Source: a virus (lineage: Duplodnaviria; Caudoviricetes). From it: a stretch of DNA of 36,239 bases. The stretch spans positions 1 to 36,239 of the IMG/VR virus record IMGVR_UViG_3300025653_003531; one strand, written 5' to 3'. Positions 27,152 through 35,087 of this stretch are shown here, one piece after another (within the stretch, counting starts at the first letter, position 1; each line of letters opens with the position of its first letter). Both the position numbers and the translations under genes were made by a program. A model generated the notes under the pieces. The model saw nothing but the letters and a program-made list of their open reading frames with translations. It ran no database searches and was not told the origin of the DNA.

Positions 27152-28231
27152 ATCAAAGAACTCATTGACCTTGCTCCAATCATTCTTCTTCATATAGGTG
27201 AGAAGCTTCTTTGCTTCATTCATGTATTGCTCCGGTACTCGATTCAATTCAGTGACTAGCTCAGCATAAGCAGGCTCATTAATTCGCGGGCCATAGATGT
27301 TTGGCGGACAATCAGCAAGTACAGGATATTGAGCAACAAAGCCAGCATGAACACCTTGAACAGCTTCATCATTGTCATGCTTCCACCAATCTTGAAGATC
27401 AGTCCAAGCTCGTCTCAAGACATCATGTTTGATAAAGCTGTAGAAAGCATCTTCCAACTCTTCAGGATTCATGTCAGCAGGATCAAGCTTTTGACGATTC
27501 AAGCGACCTTGAGCTTCCTCTCTTGAAATGTTGTGCTCGTCAATCACTTCCCAAAACTCTTGCTCACTCCCAAAGGACCAAACTGTTTTCACTTCAGTTT
27601 TTTTTGGTGCTTCTTGCTTTGGTGCTGGTTGCTTTGGAGCTTGCTTTGGCGCTTGTCGTTGTGGCGCTTGCTGTTGTGGTGCTGGTGGACGAATCTCTTC
27701 ACCGAGTGAGTCAGCGCTGATCTGTGCTCGTTCATCATCACTCATCTTTGTGTTGTCTGCAATCTCATCCGCTGAGTAAATACCGCTAACAGCATCCGGG
27801 AACACAGCACGAAGGCCCATAGTCAAGACACGAGAGCGCAACATCTGCAAGGGCATTTGTCGCCAATTTCGATTGTTTGTAAGTCCTTGAGCTTGAGCCA
27901 TCTCGATTGTATAAACGAAAGTATGGACAATGTCAGCCGGTTCATCTGTGCGAGCAAACTCCATCGTACATTGTTGAGCGGTCCAAGATGAGATTCGCAT
28001 GAAGCGGACCAAGCCAGAGTTGCGACAAATACCTGCCATAGCATCAGCATTAAGTGAGGGCTTACCGCGCAGACAAAAGCTTTGAGTTTGAACAAGACCA
28101 ATATCGCCATTGAAGTGATGACCAAAGGCAGCATGACAACGGACAAGATCTTGAGCGCTGTTGTTGTCGAGTAGTTGAGCGATTTGAATGGCTTCGTTGA
28201 TGTCTTTTGGAATATAGATTGATTTATACAT
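27134..28231 (-). CDS. RecT/Red-beta-like ssDNA annealing recombinase
   Basis: GKPSL, AQAQGL...NWRQMPLQML..R...LRAVFPDAVSGIYSADE, a P/Q linker and a C-terminal domain. ATG 28231 after AGGGAG. Confidence 0.75.
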   Translation of the reverse strand: MYKSIYIPKDINEAIQIAQLLDNNSAQDLVRCHAAFGHHFNGDIGLVQTQSFCLRGKPSLNADAMAGICRNSGLVRFMRISSWTAQQCTMEFARTDEPADIVHTFVYTIEMAQAQGLTNNRNWRQMPLQMLRSRVLTMGLRAVFPDAVSGIYSADEIADNTKMSDDERAQISADSLGEEIRPPAPQQQAPQRQAPKQAPKQPAPKQEAPKKTEVKTVWSFGSEQEFWEVIDEHNISREEAQGRLNRQKLDPADMNPEELEDAFYSFIKHDVLRRAWTDLQDWWKHDNDEAVQGVHAGFVAQYPVLADCPPNIYGPRINEPAYAELVTELNRVPEQYMNEAKKLLTYMKKNDWSKVNEFFDLCFND

Positions 28232-28257
28232 AGTGTTTTCTCCCTGAGTTGTTTTGA

Positions 28258-28557
28258 TTAGTAGTGATAGTTTTGATGTGGTGGTTCTTTGTAGTTTATT
28301 GCTTTTCTTACCTTTGGTCTCCAATCATCAAGGTTCTTCTCACACCAAGAACGAATGTTTGGATAGGTTGGCTTGGCATTAATTAAGTATTTTTTCTTAG
28401 TGTAGCTCATGCCATCCTTGATAATGTTGGCACACTCATCAGCTGGAGCATATCCAAATTGACCATGAGAGATTGCCACCCAAATGACCGGAATGATTAA
28501 AAGTAAAGCGAAGCATCCAACGATTAGATCGTCTTTGATTGTTTTGTCTGGAGTCAT
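28258..28557 (-). CDS. Small hypothetical membrane protein (starts MTPDK)
   Basis: AAAGGA SD. TM LIVGCFALLLIIPVIWVAI. Confidence 0.7.
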   Translation of the reverse strand: MTPDKTIKDDLIVGCFALLLIIPVIWVAISHGQFGYAPADECANIIKDGMSYTKKKYLINAKPTYPNIRSWCEKNLDDWRPKVRKAINYKEPPHQNYHY

Positions 28558-28767
28558 GTCAGTGTTTCCTTTGATTAGTTTCTTCTTAAGATTTCGTTTT
28601 TAATAGCTGTTAAAAGTTTCCATTCGTCAGAACAAAAATTGTGTGGAGCTTCCCAAAGCTTAGTCCAAAGCTTGTTTTGGATTTTATTAAGCTTTTCATC
28701 ATTAAGAAGGGCACAAATTAGAGCGAGTTTTTTGTCTGGAGTCATGTCAGTATTCCTTTGATTAGTT
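28542..28767 (-). repeat. 38-39 bp direct repeat at two consecutive gene junctions (28542-28580 and 28730-28767)
   Basis: Minus strand AACTAATCAAAGGAA(AC/T)ACTGACATGACTCCAGACAAAA. The copies differ by one substitution and one indel. Confidence 0.92.
28575..28745 (-). CDS. 56-aa hypothetical protein (starts MTPDK), absent from the ORF track
   Basis: Hand translation MTPDKKLALICALLNDEKLNKIQNKLWTKLWEAPHNFCSDEWKLLTAIKNEILRRN. AAAGGA SD. Fills the gap exactly. Confidence 0.72.
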   Translation of the reverse strand: MTPDKKLALICALLNDEKLNKIQNKLWTKLWEAPHNFCSDEWKLLTAIKNEILRRN

Positions 28768-28938
28768 GTTTAGTGATTGAGCAGCTTCTTTGTCGAGTTC
28801 TGCATTGAGTTCTTCTTCGTATTGAGCAACGTCATCTTGCTCTTGCTCTTGGTCGTCATTCTCTGCGTTATAGATGTCAGCAAACTTGGCGCGGTGTAAT
28901 TCGATTCTCATTGCGATTGATAGTGTCGTAGTGTCCAT
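28762..28938 (-). CDS. 58-aa highly acidic hypothetical protein, absent from the ORF track
   Basis: Hand translation MDTTTLSIAMRIELHRAKFADIYNAENDDQEQEQDDVAQYEEELNAELDKEAAQSLNN. TAAGGA SD. Confidence 0.72.
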   Translation of the reverse strand: MDTTTLSIAMRIELHRAKFADIYNAENDDQEQEQDDVAQYEEELNAELDKEAAQSLNN

Positions 28939-28950
28939 GTCAGTTAGTCC

Positions 28951-29151
28951 TTATAGGAAGTCTTTTGGTTTATAGGTCTTTGAGAAGGTCATTTGATTGG
29001 CAAGTTCTGCGAGCTTAGTTGCAAGCTCTAAACTTGGCTTTGCATGGTTATTGATGATCTTTGAAAGATATACTTGGTTAGTTCCAGCTTGCTTGGCAAG
29101 AACACCAAGCTTTACTGATTCTTTGAGCTTCTTTCTTTTTTTTGGATTCAT
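28951..29151 (-). CDS. XRE/Cro-like HTH regulator
   Basis: LAKQAGTNQVYLSKIINNHAKPSLELATKLA. TAAGGAG SD before ATG 29151. Confidence 0.85.
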   Translation of the reverse strand: MNPKKRKKLKESVKLGVLAKQAGTNQVYLSKIINNHAKPSLELATKLAELANQMTFSKTYKPKDFL

Positions 29152-29189
29152 ATTGAACTCCTTTAAGTCAGTGATGAACATGAACAAGG

Positions 29190-29270
29190 ATTAACAGGCT
29201 TAAAAAACATAGTCAAGTTTTTTTATCTATAAAAATAATTATAGACAAGTTGTTTCTGTGATGATAAATC
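29190..29270. promoter_or_regulatory. Divergent promoter region with candidate operator
   Basis: AT-rich gap between divergent operons. TTGACT (minus, 29211-29216) and TAGACA (plus, 29241-29246) are -35-like but their -10 boxes are imperfect. Palindrome TCTATAA-N5-TTATAGA at 29226-29244. Confidence 0.5.
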
Positions 29271-29306
29271 TAGCTTACTCTATATATGCAACAAGGGAGA
29301 ACTGAC

Positions 29307-29924
29307 ATGAATGAAGGACAACTCACTGACTTAGTCATGGAGCGCACAGATATTCCACCAATGGCCAAAATCGTTTTGAGAGCAATCATCAGACGCGTTG
29401 ATTGGAAGACATGGACAAGCAAAGAAGGTCACAAAAATGTGAGTACCAGAGAGCTTGCTAAGCGCTGTGGAACATCCTTGCCAACTGTGATCAAGAGCAT
29501 TGCTCGACTTGAGAAGGCCGGCTTGATTGAGAGAGACTTTTTCAAAGCTACCAAAACACAGGCTCCACCGATCAAAGTGAATGTTGAAGCTATCCTCAAA
29601 GGTGCTAAAGAAAGTTTAGCAGGGGGTGCTAAAGAAAGTTTAGCAGGTGAGCTAAAGAAAGTTAAACAGGGTGCTAAAGAAAGTTTACCTCAAGGTGCTA
29701 AAGAAAGTTTAGCACTATCAATAGAGAGCAATAGTTATACAATAAAAAAACAATATATAAATCCATCCTTATCACTAGGCCAAGAGTGTATTGAGATTTC
29801 TGCTTTGAATGAAGATGCTAAAGACTGGGGAGTTCGTAATTCTGAACTATGGGCAGATCATTATGTAAATGATCTTATTATAAATCTTCATAACCAAACT
29901 GACATTGACACTGACAAGGACTAA
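29307..29924 (+). CDS. Replication initiator (lambda O-like, winged HTH) containing the origin
   Basis: STRELAKRCGTSLPTVIKSIARLEKAGLIER wHTH, internal iterons, followed by a DnaC-like gene. ATG 29307 after AAGGGAG. Confidence 0.85.
   Translation: MNEGQLTDLVMERTDIPPMAKIVLRAIIRRVDWKTWTSKEGHKNVSTRELAKRCGTSLPTVIKSIARLEKAGLIERDFFKATKTQAPPIKVNVEAILKGAKESLAGGAKESLAGELKKVKQGAKESLPQGAKESLALSIESNSYTIKKQYINPSLSLGQECIEISALNEDAKDWGVRNSELWADHYVNDLIINLHNQTDIDTDKD
29601..29765. repeat. Origin of replication: five iterons plus AT-rich tract
   Basis: GCTAAAGAAAGTT at 29604, 29628, 29651, 29673 and 29697, then AATAAAAAAACAATATATAAAT. Confidence 0.82.
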
Positions 29925-29927
29925 ACC

Positions 29928-30851
29928 ATGAAAAGCTTAGCAAGCGAAGTTCACAAGATCACTCGACACTTAGAAGAGTTCAAACGATTACGAGCCAATA
30001 TGCCAAAGGCTGAGAAGCCAAAGGTCGAGTTCAAAGACTTCAGGCATCTAAACCATGACAATCTCGAAGAGAACGAAATGATCCATCCGGCAGCCGCTTT
30101 CTTCAAAACTAAAGAGATTCCATACTGTGGTCGATGTGGTGAAGGATTCATCTATTCAGTTTGTTCACTTGGCAATCGTACAGCAACAATCTGCAAATAC
30201 TGCGAGCGACCAAGAAGAAGACTCAAGAAGCTCAATGACCTTCAGCTTCCCTATGATGCAATAGGGATGCATCTTGGTCGGTATGAATTCGACACTCAAG
30301 AGCAATTTGAGCGAGTAAGAAACCTTGTGACTTGGATGAACACTCCCAAAGATCAGCGCGGTGATGTATCTCCAAGCCTTTATCTTTGGGGAAGTCCAGG
30401 CAATGGCAAGACAAGTCTCCTTTATGCTTTGGCTAAGCAAGCTGTCTTCTCTGATCATCGAGTCATGTTCACAACTCACACTCAACTGATTGATCAGATC
30501 AAACGGACCTTCAAAGGCAAAGACGACAATCCTCTTGATCATTGGCTTGCTAACACTGACTTGCTTCTCTTCGATGAGTTTGGCGGAATTGGTGGAGGCG
30601 CTAACATGACAGAATGGTTCAAGGCCACAACCATTGACATCATCCAAAGAATCTACGAGCGATGGGCAGCAGGAAAGCTAAGCATTGTCATGACGACCAA
30701 CTTGACTCCTGAAGAGCTATTCAACAAAGCTCTAAACCGAAACAAGGCCGGAGCATCCAGACTTCAAGCAATCTTCAAGAAGCCGATCAAGATGCAAGGA
30801 AGAGATCGACGTGGTGATGATGGAAATCTTTCTGATTGGGGAGTGAGATAG
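29928..30851 (+). CDS. DnaC/IstB-like AAA+ helicase loader
   Basis: CxxC...CxxC zinc region, Walker A GSPGNGKT, Walker B LLLFDE, MTTNL and GRDRR. Confidence 0.9.
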   Translation: MKSLASEVHKITRHLEEFKRLRANMPKAEKPKVEFKDFRHLNHDNLEENEMIHPAAAFFKTKEIPYCGRCGEGFIYSVCSLGNRTATICKYCERPRRRLKKLNDLQLPYDAIGMHLGRYEFDTQEQFERVRNLVTWMNTPKDQRGDVSPSLYLWGSPGNGKTSLLYALAKQAVFSDHRVMFTTHTQLIDQIKRTFKGKDDNPLDHWLANTDLLLFDEFGGIGGGANMTEWFKATTIDIIQRIYERWAAGKLSIVMTTNLTPEELFNKALNRNKAGASRLQAIFKKPIKMQGRDRRGDDGNLSDWGVR

Positions 30852-31026
30852 TTCTTGCAAGTCTGATCAATCTATGTCTTGATGCTCGTCCCTAGTGAGC
30901 CAAATCTTTTTTTATTTTTAAACTTAGTGTGTAAAAACACTTTTAACTAATGGTTTAATAATGACTAATGAGCCTCAGAGACTTGTCTGGCAAGCTAGGG
31001 ATTCTTTTTTTTCTTTGTTGCTTTTC

Positions 31027-31056
31027 TTGTTTACTTATCGTTTACTAAGTAGACAA
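31027..31056. promoter_or_regulatory. Inverted repeat, candidate RHH operator
   Basis: TTGTTTACTTA-N8-TAAGTAGACAA with one mismatch, abutting the SD of the RHH gene. Confidence 0.5.
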
Positions 31057-31067
31057 AGGAGACAATT

Positions 31068-31262
31068 ATGGAAAACAAACCAATGTCATTTAGAATTAGT
31101 GTAGAACAAAGAAAGATACTTGATGCCATTGCTCGTGATGAGCAAAGATCCTCTTCCTCTGTAGCACGAATCTTAATGGAGATTGGCCTTGAAGAATATC
31201 AAAAAGCTAAAGCAAGAGCTGGAGCAAGCTCGAATCTACTTCAACTTCTGGACCGAAAATAG
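31068..31262 (+). CDS. Ribbon-helix-helix (CopG/Arc-like) regulator
   Basis: MSFRISVEQRKILDAIARDEQRSSSSVARILMEIGL. AAGGAG SD. Confidence 0.8.
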   Translation: MENKPMSFRISVEQRKILDAIARDEQRSSSSVARILMEIGLEEYQKAKARAGASSNLLQLLDRK

Positions 31263-31377
31263 ACACCTTCCAACAGCTGCCGAAACAGCTGACTACTTCG
31301 CAGGCCGATTATCCAAACTTAGGAAAGAAATAAAAGATGTCGAAGACAAGCATAAACATAATTCAGATCTTGGGTGA
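31189..31377 (+). CDS. Possible overlapping small helical protein
   Basis: GGAG lies 7 nt before TTG 31189. The ORF spans the RHH-SSB gap but overlaps both genes. Confidence 0.35.
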   Translation: MKNIKKLKQELEQARIYFNFWTENRHLPTAAETADYFAGRLSKLRKEIKDVEDKHKHNSDLG

Positions 31378-31696
31378 TGTCGTTGAAGCTCCAACAATGG
31401 AACAGAATCAATACACTCAATACCTAAAGCTCAAAGTCCGGACCGTTGAGAAGTTCCCAAGCAAAGGCGAGCAAAAGCAACAAATTGAGATTCATGAGCT
31501 TCGAGTCTTTGGCCAGCTTGGTCGATTCATGAGCGATACAACTCATCAAGGCGACACAATCTATTGTGAAGGCGCTCTCAAGAGCTTCGACAAGAAGTTC
31601 TATATTAACGTTAAATCAATTCAAACGATCATCAAGGCCAATGGCCTTCTTCCTCCTGAAGACGTAGATCGTAGATACCCACAAAGGAAAGTTTAA
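31337..31696 (+). CDS. ssb: Divergent single-stranded DNA-binding protein
   Basis: INIIQILGDV..P, EIHELRVFGQLG and GDTIYCEGALKS follow the SSB OB-fold pattern. Confidence 0.7.
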   Translation: MSKTSINIIQILGDVVEAPTMEQNQYTQYLKLKVRTVEKFPSKGEQKQQIEIHELRVFGQLGRFMSDTTHQGDTIYCEGALKSFDKKFYINVKSIQTIIKANGLLPPEDVDRRYPQRKV

Positions 31697-31713
31697 ACAA
31701 AAGGAACACTGAC

Positions 31714-33684
31714 ATGACTATAATGACTAAAATGGAAGACAATAACGTTGTCGAAGGACTGCACCGAACTTATGAAAACATGGATCCTTGCCAATATGTT
31801 CGAGAGATCTATCAAAACAGCGTTGAAGCCGGTGCGACAGACATCCGCTTCACTTTGGATAAATTAGCCAAGAAAGTTCTTGGTGTTGAGCGCGGAGTTG
31901 GGATTGATAATGGACCAGGTATTCCAAAAGATAAGATCAAAGACTTAATCAATAAAAAGAACAGTTCATCCAAGAACACCAATGGACCAGACCAAAACTT
32001 TGGAGTTGGCCTAAAGGTCGCTGCTTTACCAAGAAATCAATATGGCTTGATTGTCATGTGCAGAACCAAAGAGCAACCAAAGGGCTTCATGATATGGCTT
32101 TGTTATGACTTTGACCATGATGGGAATCTTATTGCTGGAACAAAGGCATTGACTAGTCTTGAGCAATGGAATGATTACAATGATGGAACGATCAGTGAAC
32201 TTGTTCCAAATGATTTAATTGACTTCCAAGAGATTCAAGATGCTCACTATGATTCTTTTACTTTTCATGGAATTGATTGGATGTCTTGGTGGGATGCCAA
32301 CAGTGAGAACGAAACGGGGACAGCTGTCATCCTTTGTGGCAATAGCAATAAAGGAGATGAAAACACTTTCAATCATCTAATCTATGAAGGTAAATCTTTT
32401 TTACAATCAAGATATTTAAAATATGATGTTCGGCCTATCTTTGGGCGTAGATCAAACACTGCAAAGCAAAACATAACTCATAACACAATCTATGATCCTT
32501 TATCAGTGTTGAGTGAGTTCTATGCTGAAACAGGAACAATCACATTTAAATCTTGGAAACTTCATTATTTTGTCCGGACAAAACTTGAAGATCATGGCGG
32601 AGAGAAAACAACAGCTTTAATTCATAAGAAGTTTAAAGAAATCATCTTATATAAGAATGAACTTTATGGAGATTACACAAGCCTTCATCCATTAAGCATA
32701 GCAGCACAAAGGAACTCTTGGGGGATCTTTTACAAGAGTGTTGGCGATCGTGTCACTTTGATCATTGAGCCACCAATCTACAATAAGAGAACAGGAAAAG
32801 GAGTCTATCCAAATGAAGCTCGCTCACAGCTTTCTTGGAAAGATTCAAAGGATGCAACTCCGGTTCAAACTATTCCGCTTGATAAACTCAAAGCTCACTT
32901 CATTAAGAATATGCCAGAATCAATTCGACAGTTAATTGAAGACGAGCATACTTTAGAAATGAGTGAGTATAAAAAAAGCAAGGTGGCCGAAGAATTAAAT
33001 CAATGGCTGTCTATTCCAAAGGACAAGCGCAAGTCTAAGAGTGGCGAAGGTCTTTTGATTGCGGATCCAAGAGGAACTTTAATTGGCGGACTTCCAACCG
33101 GTGATCTTTTCTCGAATCTCAAAGCTGGTCAATCTGACAGTTCTTCTAATTCAGGCAACAGTAAAGACAAGACTAAGAAAGAGCCAACAGAGGAAGAACT
33201 TAAAAAGAAGGAAGAAAAGCGCAAGGCAAGAGAGCAAGCCGAAAAGAAACGACAAGAGCCACCAACAGTGACATTTCACAAACAAAGTGAGGATCAAGCT
33301 GAAGAATGGTTCAAGCGCAATGGCCAATGGCAGGTTGCTTTCTATGAAGAGCCGGGAGCCAATGGACAAGGTAATCTCTTAAGGATCAATCAAAACCATG
33401 ATTGTTTTTGGGGATATATGAACCTTGTTGAAGATTGGCTCAAAGCAAAAGGTAAGAAGATGCATAAAGCAGAAATCTTTCAACATATAGTCAGACCTTT
33501 TTGGGAAGACTATGCTCCTTGCAAGATTCAACACGCTAAAACCATTCAAGCAACAAAGCGAGATAAAGATGGCTTTGCTCCTGAGCGCTTAACCTTTGCT
33601 TTCTATGGTGATATTCACTTTTTAAAACCTTTAATCCATACCTATTATAAGCAATTTGAAAAAGGTAATGTTGGCCAATGTTAG
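31714..33684 (+). CDS. GHKL (MORC/MutL/Hsp90-like) ATPase
   Basis: REIYQNSVEAGA (N box), IDNGPGI (G1), NFGVGLK (G2) and GTAVIL (G3), a charged linker and a C-terminal INQNH domain. Confidence 0.82.
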   Translation: MTIMTKMEDNNVVEGLHRTYENMDPCQYVREIYQNSVEAGATDIRFTLDKLAKKVLGVERGVGIDNGPGIPKDKIKDLINKKNSSSKNTNGPDQNFGVGLKVAALPRNQYGLIVMCRTKEQPKGFMIWLCYDFDHDGNLIAGTKALTSLEQWNDYNDGTISELVPNDLIDFQEIQDAHYDSFTFHGIDWMSWWDANSENETGTAVILCGNSNKGDENTFNHLIYEGKSFLQSRYLKYDVRPIFGRRSNTAKQNITHNTIYDPLSVLSEFYAETGTITFKSWKLHYFVRTKLEDHGGEKTTALIHKKFKEIILYKNELYGDYTSLHPLSIAAQRNSWGIFYKSVGDRVTLIIEPPIYNKRTGKGVYPNEARSQLSWKDSKDATPVQTIPLDKLKAHFIKNMPESIRQLIEDEHTLEMSEYKKSKVAEELNQWLSIPKDKRKSKSGEGLLIADPRGTLIGGLPTGDLFSNLKAGQSDSSSNSGNSKDKTKKEPTEEELKKKEEKRKAREQAEKKRQEPPTVTFHKQSEDQAEEWFKRNGQWQVAFYEEPGANGQGNLLRINQNHDCFWGYMNLVEDWLKAKGKKMHKAEIFQHIVRPFWEDYAPCKIQHAKTIQATKRDKDGFAPERLTFAFYGDIHFLKPLIHTYYKQFEKGNVGQC

Positions 33685-34541
33685 ACCAGTACAAGATCAA
33701 GATGTTGGCCATCCAATACAAGATGCTTGGCTTCACCAATAAGCAAATAGCAGATACTTTCAATCGCTATGGCTTGGTAACTCCAATCAAGAAAAGGCCC
33801 TATAGTAGCGTTGCAGTTTCAGAAATGACCAAAGGCATCAACAACAGATCAGGCAATTATTCAAAGCCAAAGAAAGAAGTAAACATGAGCAAGATTTATC
33901 ACGAAGGAAACGGAACAGCTCAATTGATTGACTTTATGGGAAGCGATAAGCGCGTGGTCGATGCTGCCAGAGTAAGCTTCCTCAAAGATGATCATGCAGA
34001 GTCTAAGCTAACAGATCGAGACAAGAAGCTCATCAAGTTCTTAGCAGCGCATAATCACACTTCACCTTTTGAGCATTGCCTAGCTACCTTTGTTCTTAAA
34101 GTTCCTTTGTTTGTTCGCTCTCAAATTATGAGACATAGAACATTCTCATACAACGAAGTGAGCAGACGATACACTTCAGAGCAGATCGACTTTTGGAAGC
34201 CGGACACCATGAGAGGACAGGCTAAAGATAATCTTCAATGCTCAGAGGGAACTGTCGAGTCAAGTGAAGCGGACAGCATCTTCAAGGTCGCAACAGAGTT
34301 TAGTTTTGCAAGTTATCAGCAACTTATTGAAGCCGGTGTCTCTCGTGAAATTGCTCGCGGTGTGTTACCACAAAGCACCTACACGACTTTTTACATGACC
34401 GGAAATCTTCATAATTGGATCAAGTTCATCAAGCTTCGTGATCATGAACACGCTCAACCGGAAACAAGAGACATCGCTCAACAGATCAAGAGAGCGCTTG
34501 AAGTCTGCTTCCCAAACTCTATGCAAGCTTACTTTGATTAA
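33678..34541 (+). CDS. thyX: Flavin-dependent thymidylate synthase with a 69-aa N-terminal extension (core starts at 33885)
   Basis: AARVS, HTSPFEH, RHRTFSYNEVSRRY, EIARGVLP and LRDHEHAQPE. Confidence 0.95.
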   Translation: MLDQYKIKMLAIQYKMLGFTNKQIADTFNRYGLVTPIKKRPYSSVAVSEMTKGINNRSGNYSKPKKEVNMSKIYHEGNGTAQLIDFMGSDKRVVDAARVSFLKDDHAESKLTDRDKKLIKFLAAHNHTSPFEHCLATFVLKVPLFVRSQIMRHRTFSYNEVSRRYTSEQIDFWKPDTMRGQAKDNLQCSEGTVESSEADSIFKVATEFSFASYQQLIEAGVSREIARGVLPQSTYTTFYMTGNLHNWIKFIKLRDHEHAQPETRDIAQQIKRALEVCFPNSMQAYFD

Positions 34542-34545
34542 ACTT

Positions 34546-34719
34546 ATGAGTGATTACATTCAAGATGGTGAGCGCTATCAAAAGCGCTTGGCTTCCAAAA
34601 AACGATGGCGAGATAAAAACAAGGCATATATCAAAGCTTATTATTATTGGTATCATTGGACAGTGACCAAGCCTGGCATTATCCAAGTAGACAGGCCAAA
34701 CATAAAGGACTTCAAATGA
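34546..34719 (+). CDS. Small basic hypothetical protein
   Basis: Fills the gap after thyX and is ATGA-coupled to the next gene. Confidence 0.5.
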   Translation: MSDYIQDGERYQKRLASKKRWRDKNKAYIKAYYYWYHWTVTKPGIIQVDRPNIKDFK

Positions 34720-35087
34720 ATGATGAACACTTAAAACACTTTTGTCTTGAACTCGACCAACGTGGATTCTCAATCAATGAGATTCAAAAAGCTATCATAA
34801 GCAATCATAACATGGTGCTTTGTTTGGAAGATGTTGAAGGTCTATTGCGTGATGCTAAGAATGAACAAGGCGAACAAAAACACGCACACGCGAGGGAAGC
34901 TAAGGTTTTGAAGGCTCTTTGTGAGATCAAGCAAAGGCTTGTTCATACTGATTGCTCTCCGCTTCAAAGAGAAAGTGAAGCGCTTTATCAAACTATATGG
35001 TCCGTAATCGGAGAACATTATGGCTGGAACAAAGAAGAAGACATCGAAGACACCGAAGATCAAGAGGAAGACCAAAGTCCAAATTGA
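34716..35087 (+). CDS. Hypothetical protein with acidic tail
   Basis: ATG 34716 after AAAGGA. Helical, with QRGFSINEIQKAI possibly part of an HTH. Confidence 0.6.
   Translation: MNDEHLKHFCLELDQRGFSINEIQKAIISNHNMVLCLEDVEGLLRDAKNEQGEQKHAHAREAKVLKALCEIKQRLVHTDCSPLQRESEALYQTIWSVIGEHYGWNKEEDIEDTEDQEEDQSPN

Noticed and set aside
27595-27690. Short repeats encoding QAPKQ / PAPQQ in recT
   Set aside because: Ordinary low-complexity interdomain linker.
28542-28767. Repeat pair as a mini CRISPR array or att sites
   Set aside because: Only two copies, the ~150 bp between them is a coding gene, the repeat consists of translation signals, and no cas or integrase gene is present.
29601-29714. Regularly spaced repeats as CRISPR or protein repeat
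   Set aside because: No unique spacers, and one copy is out of frame. Iterons explain them better.
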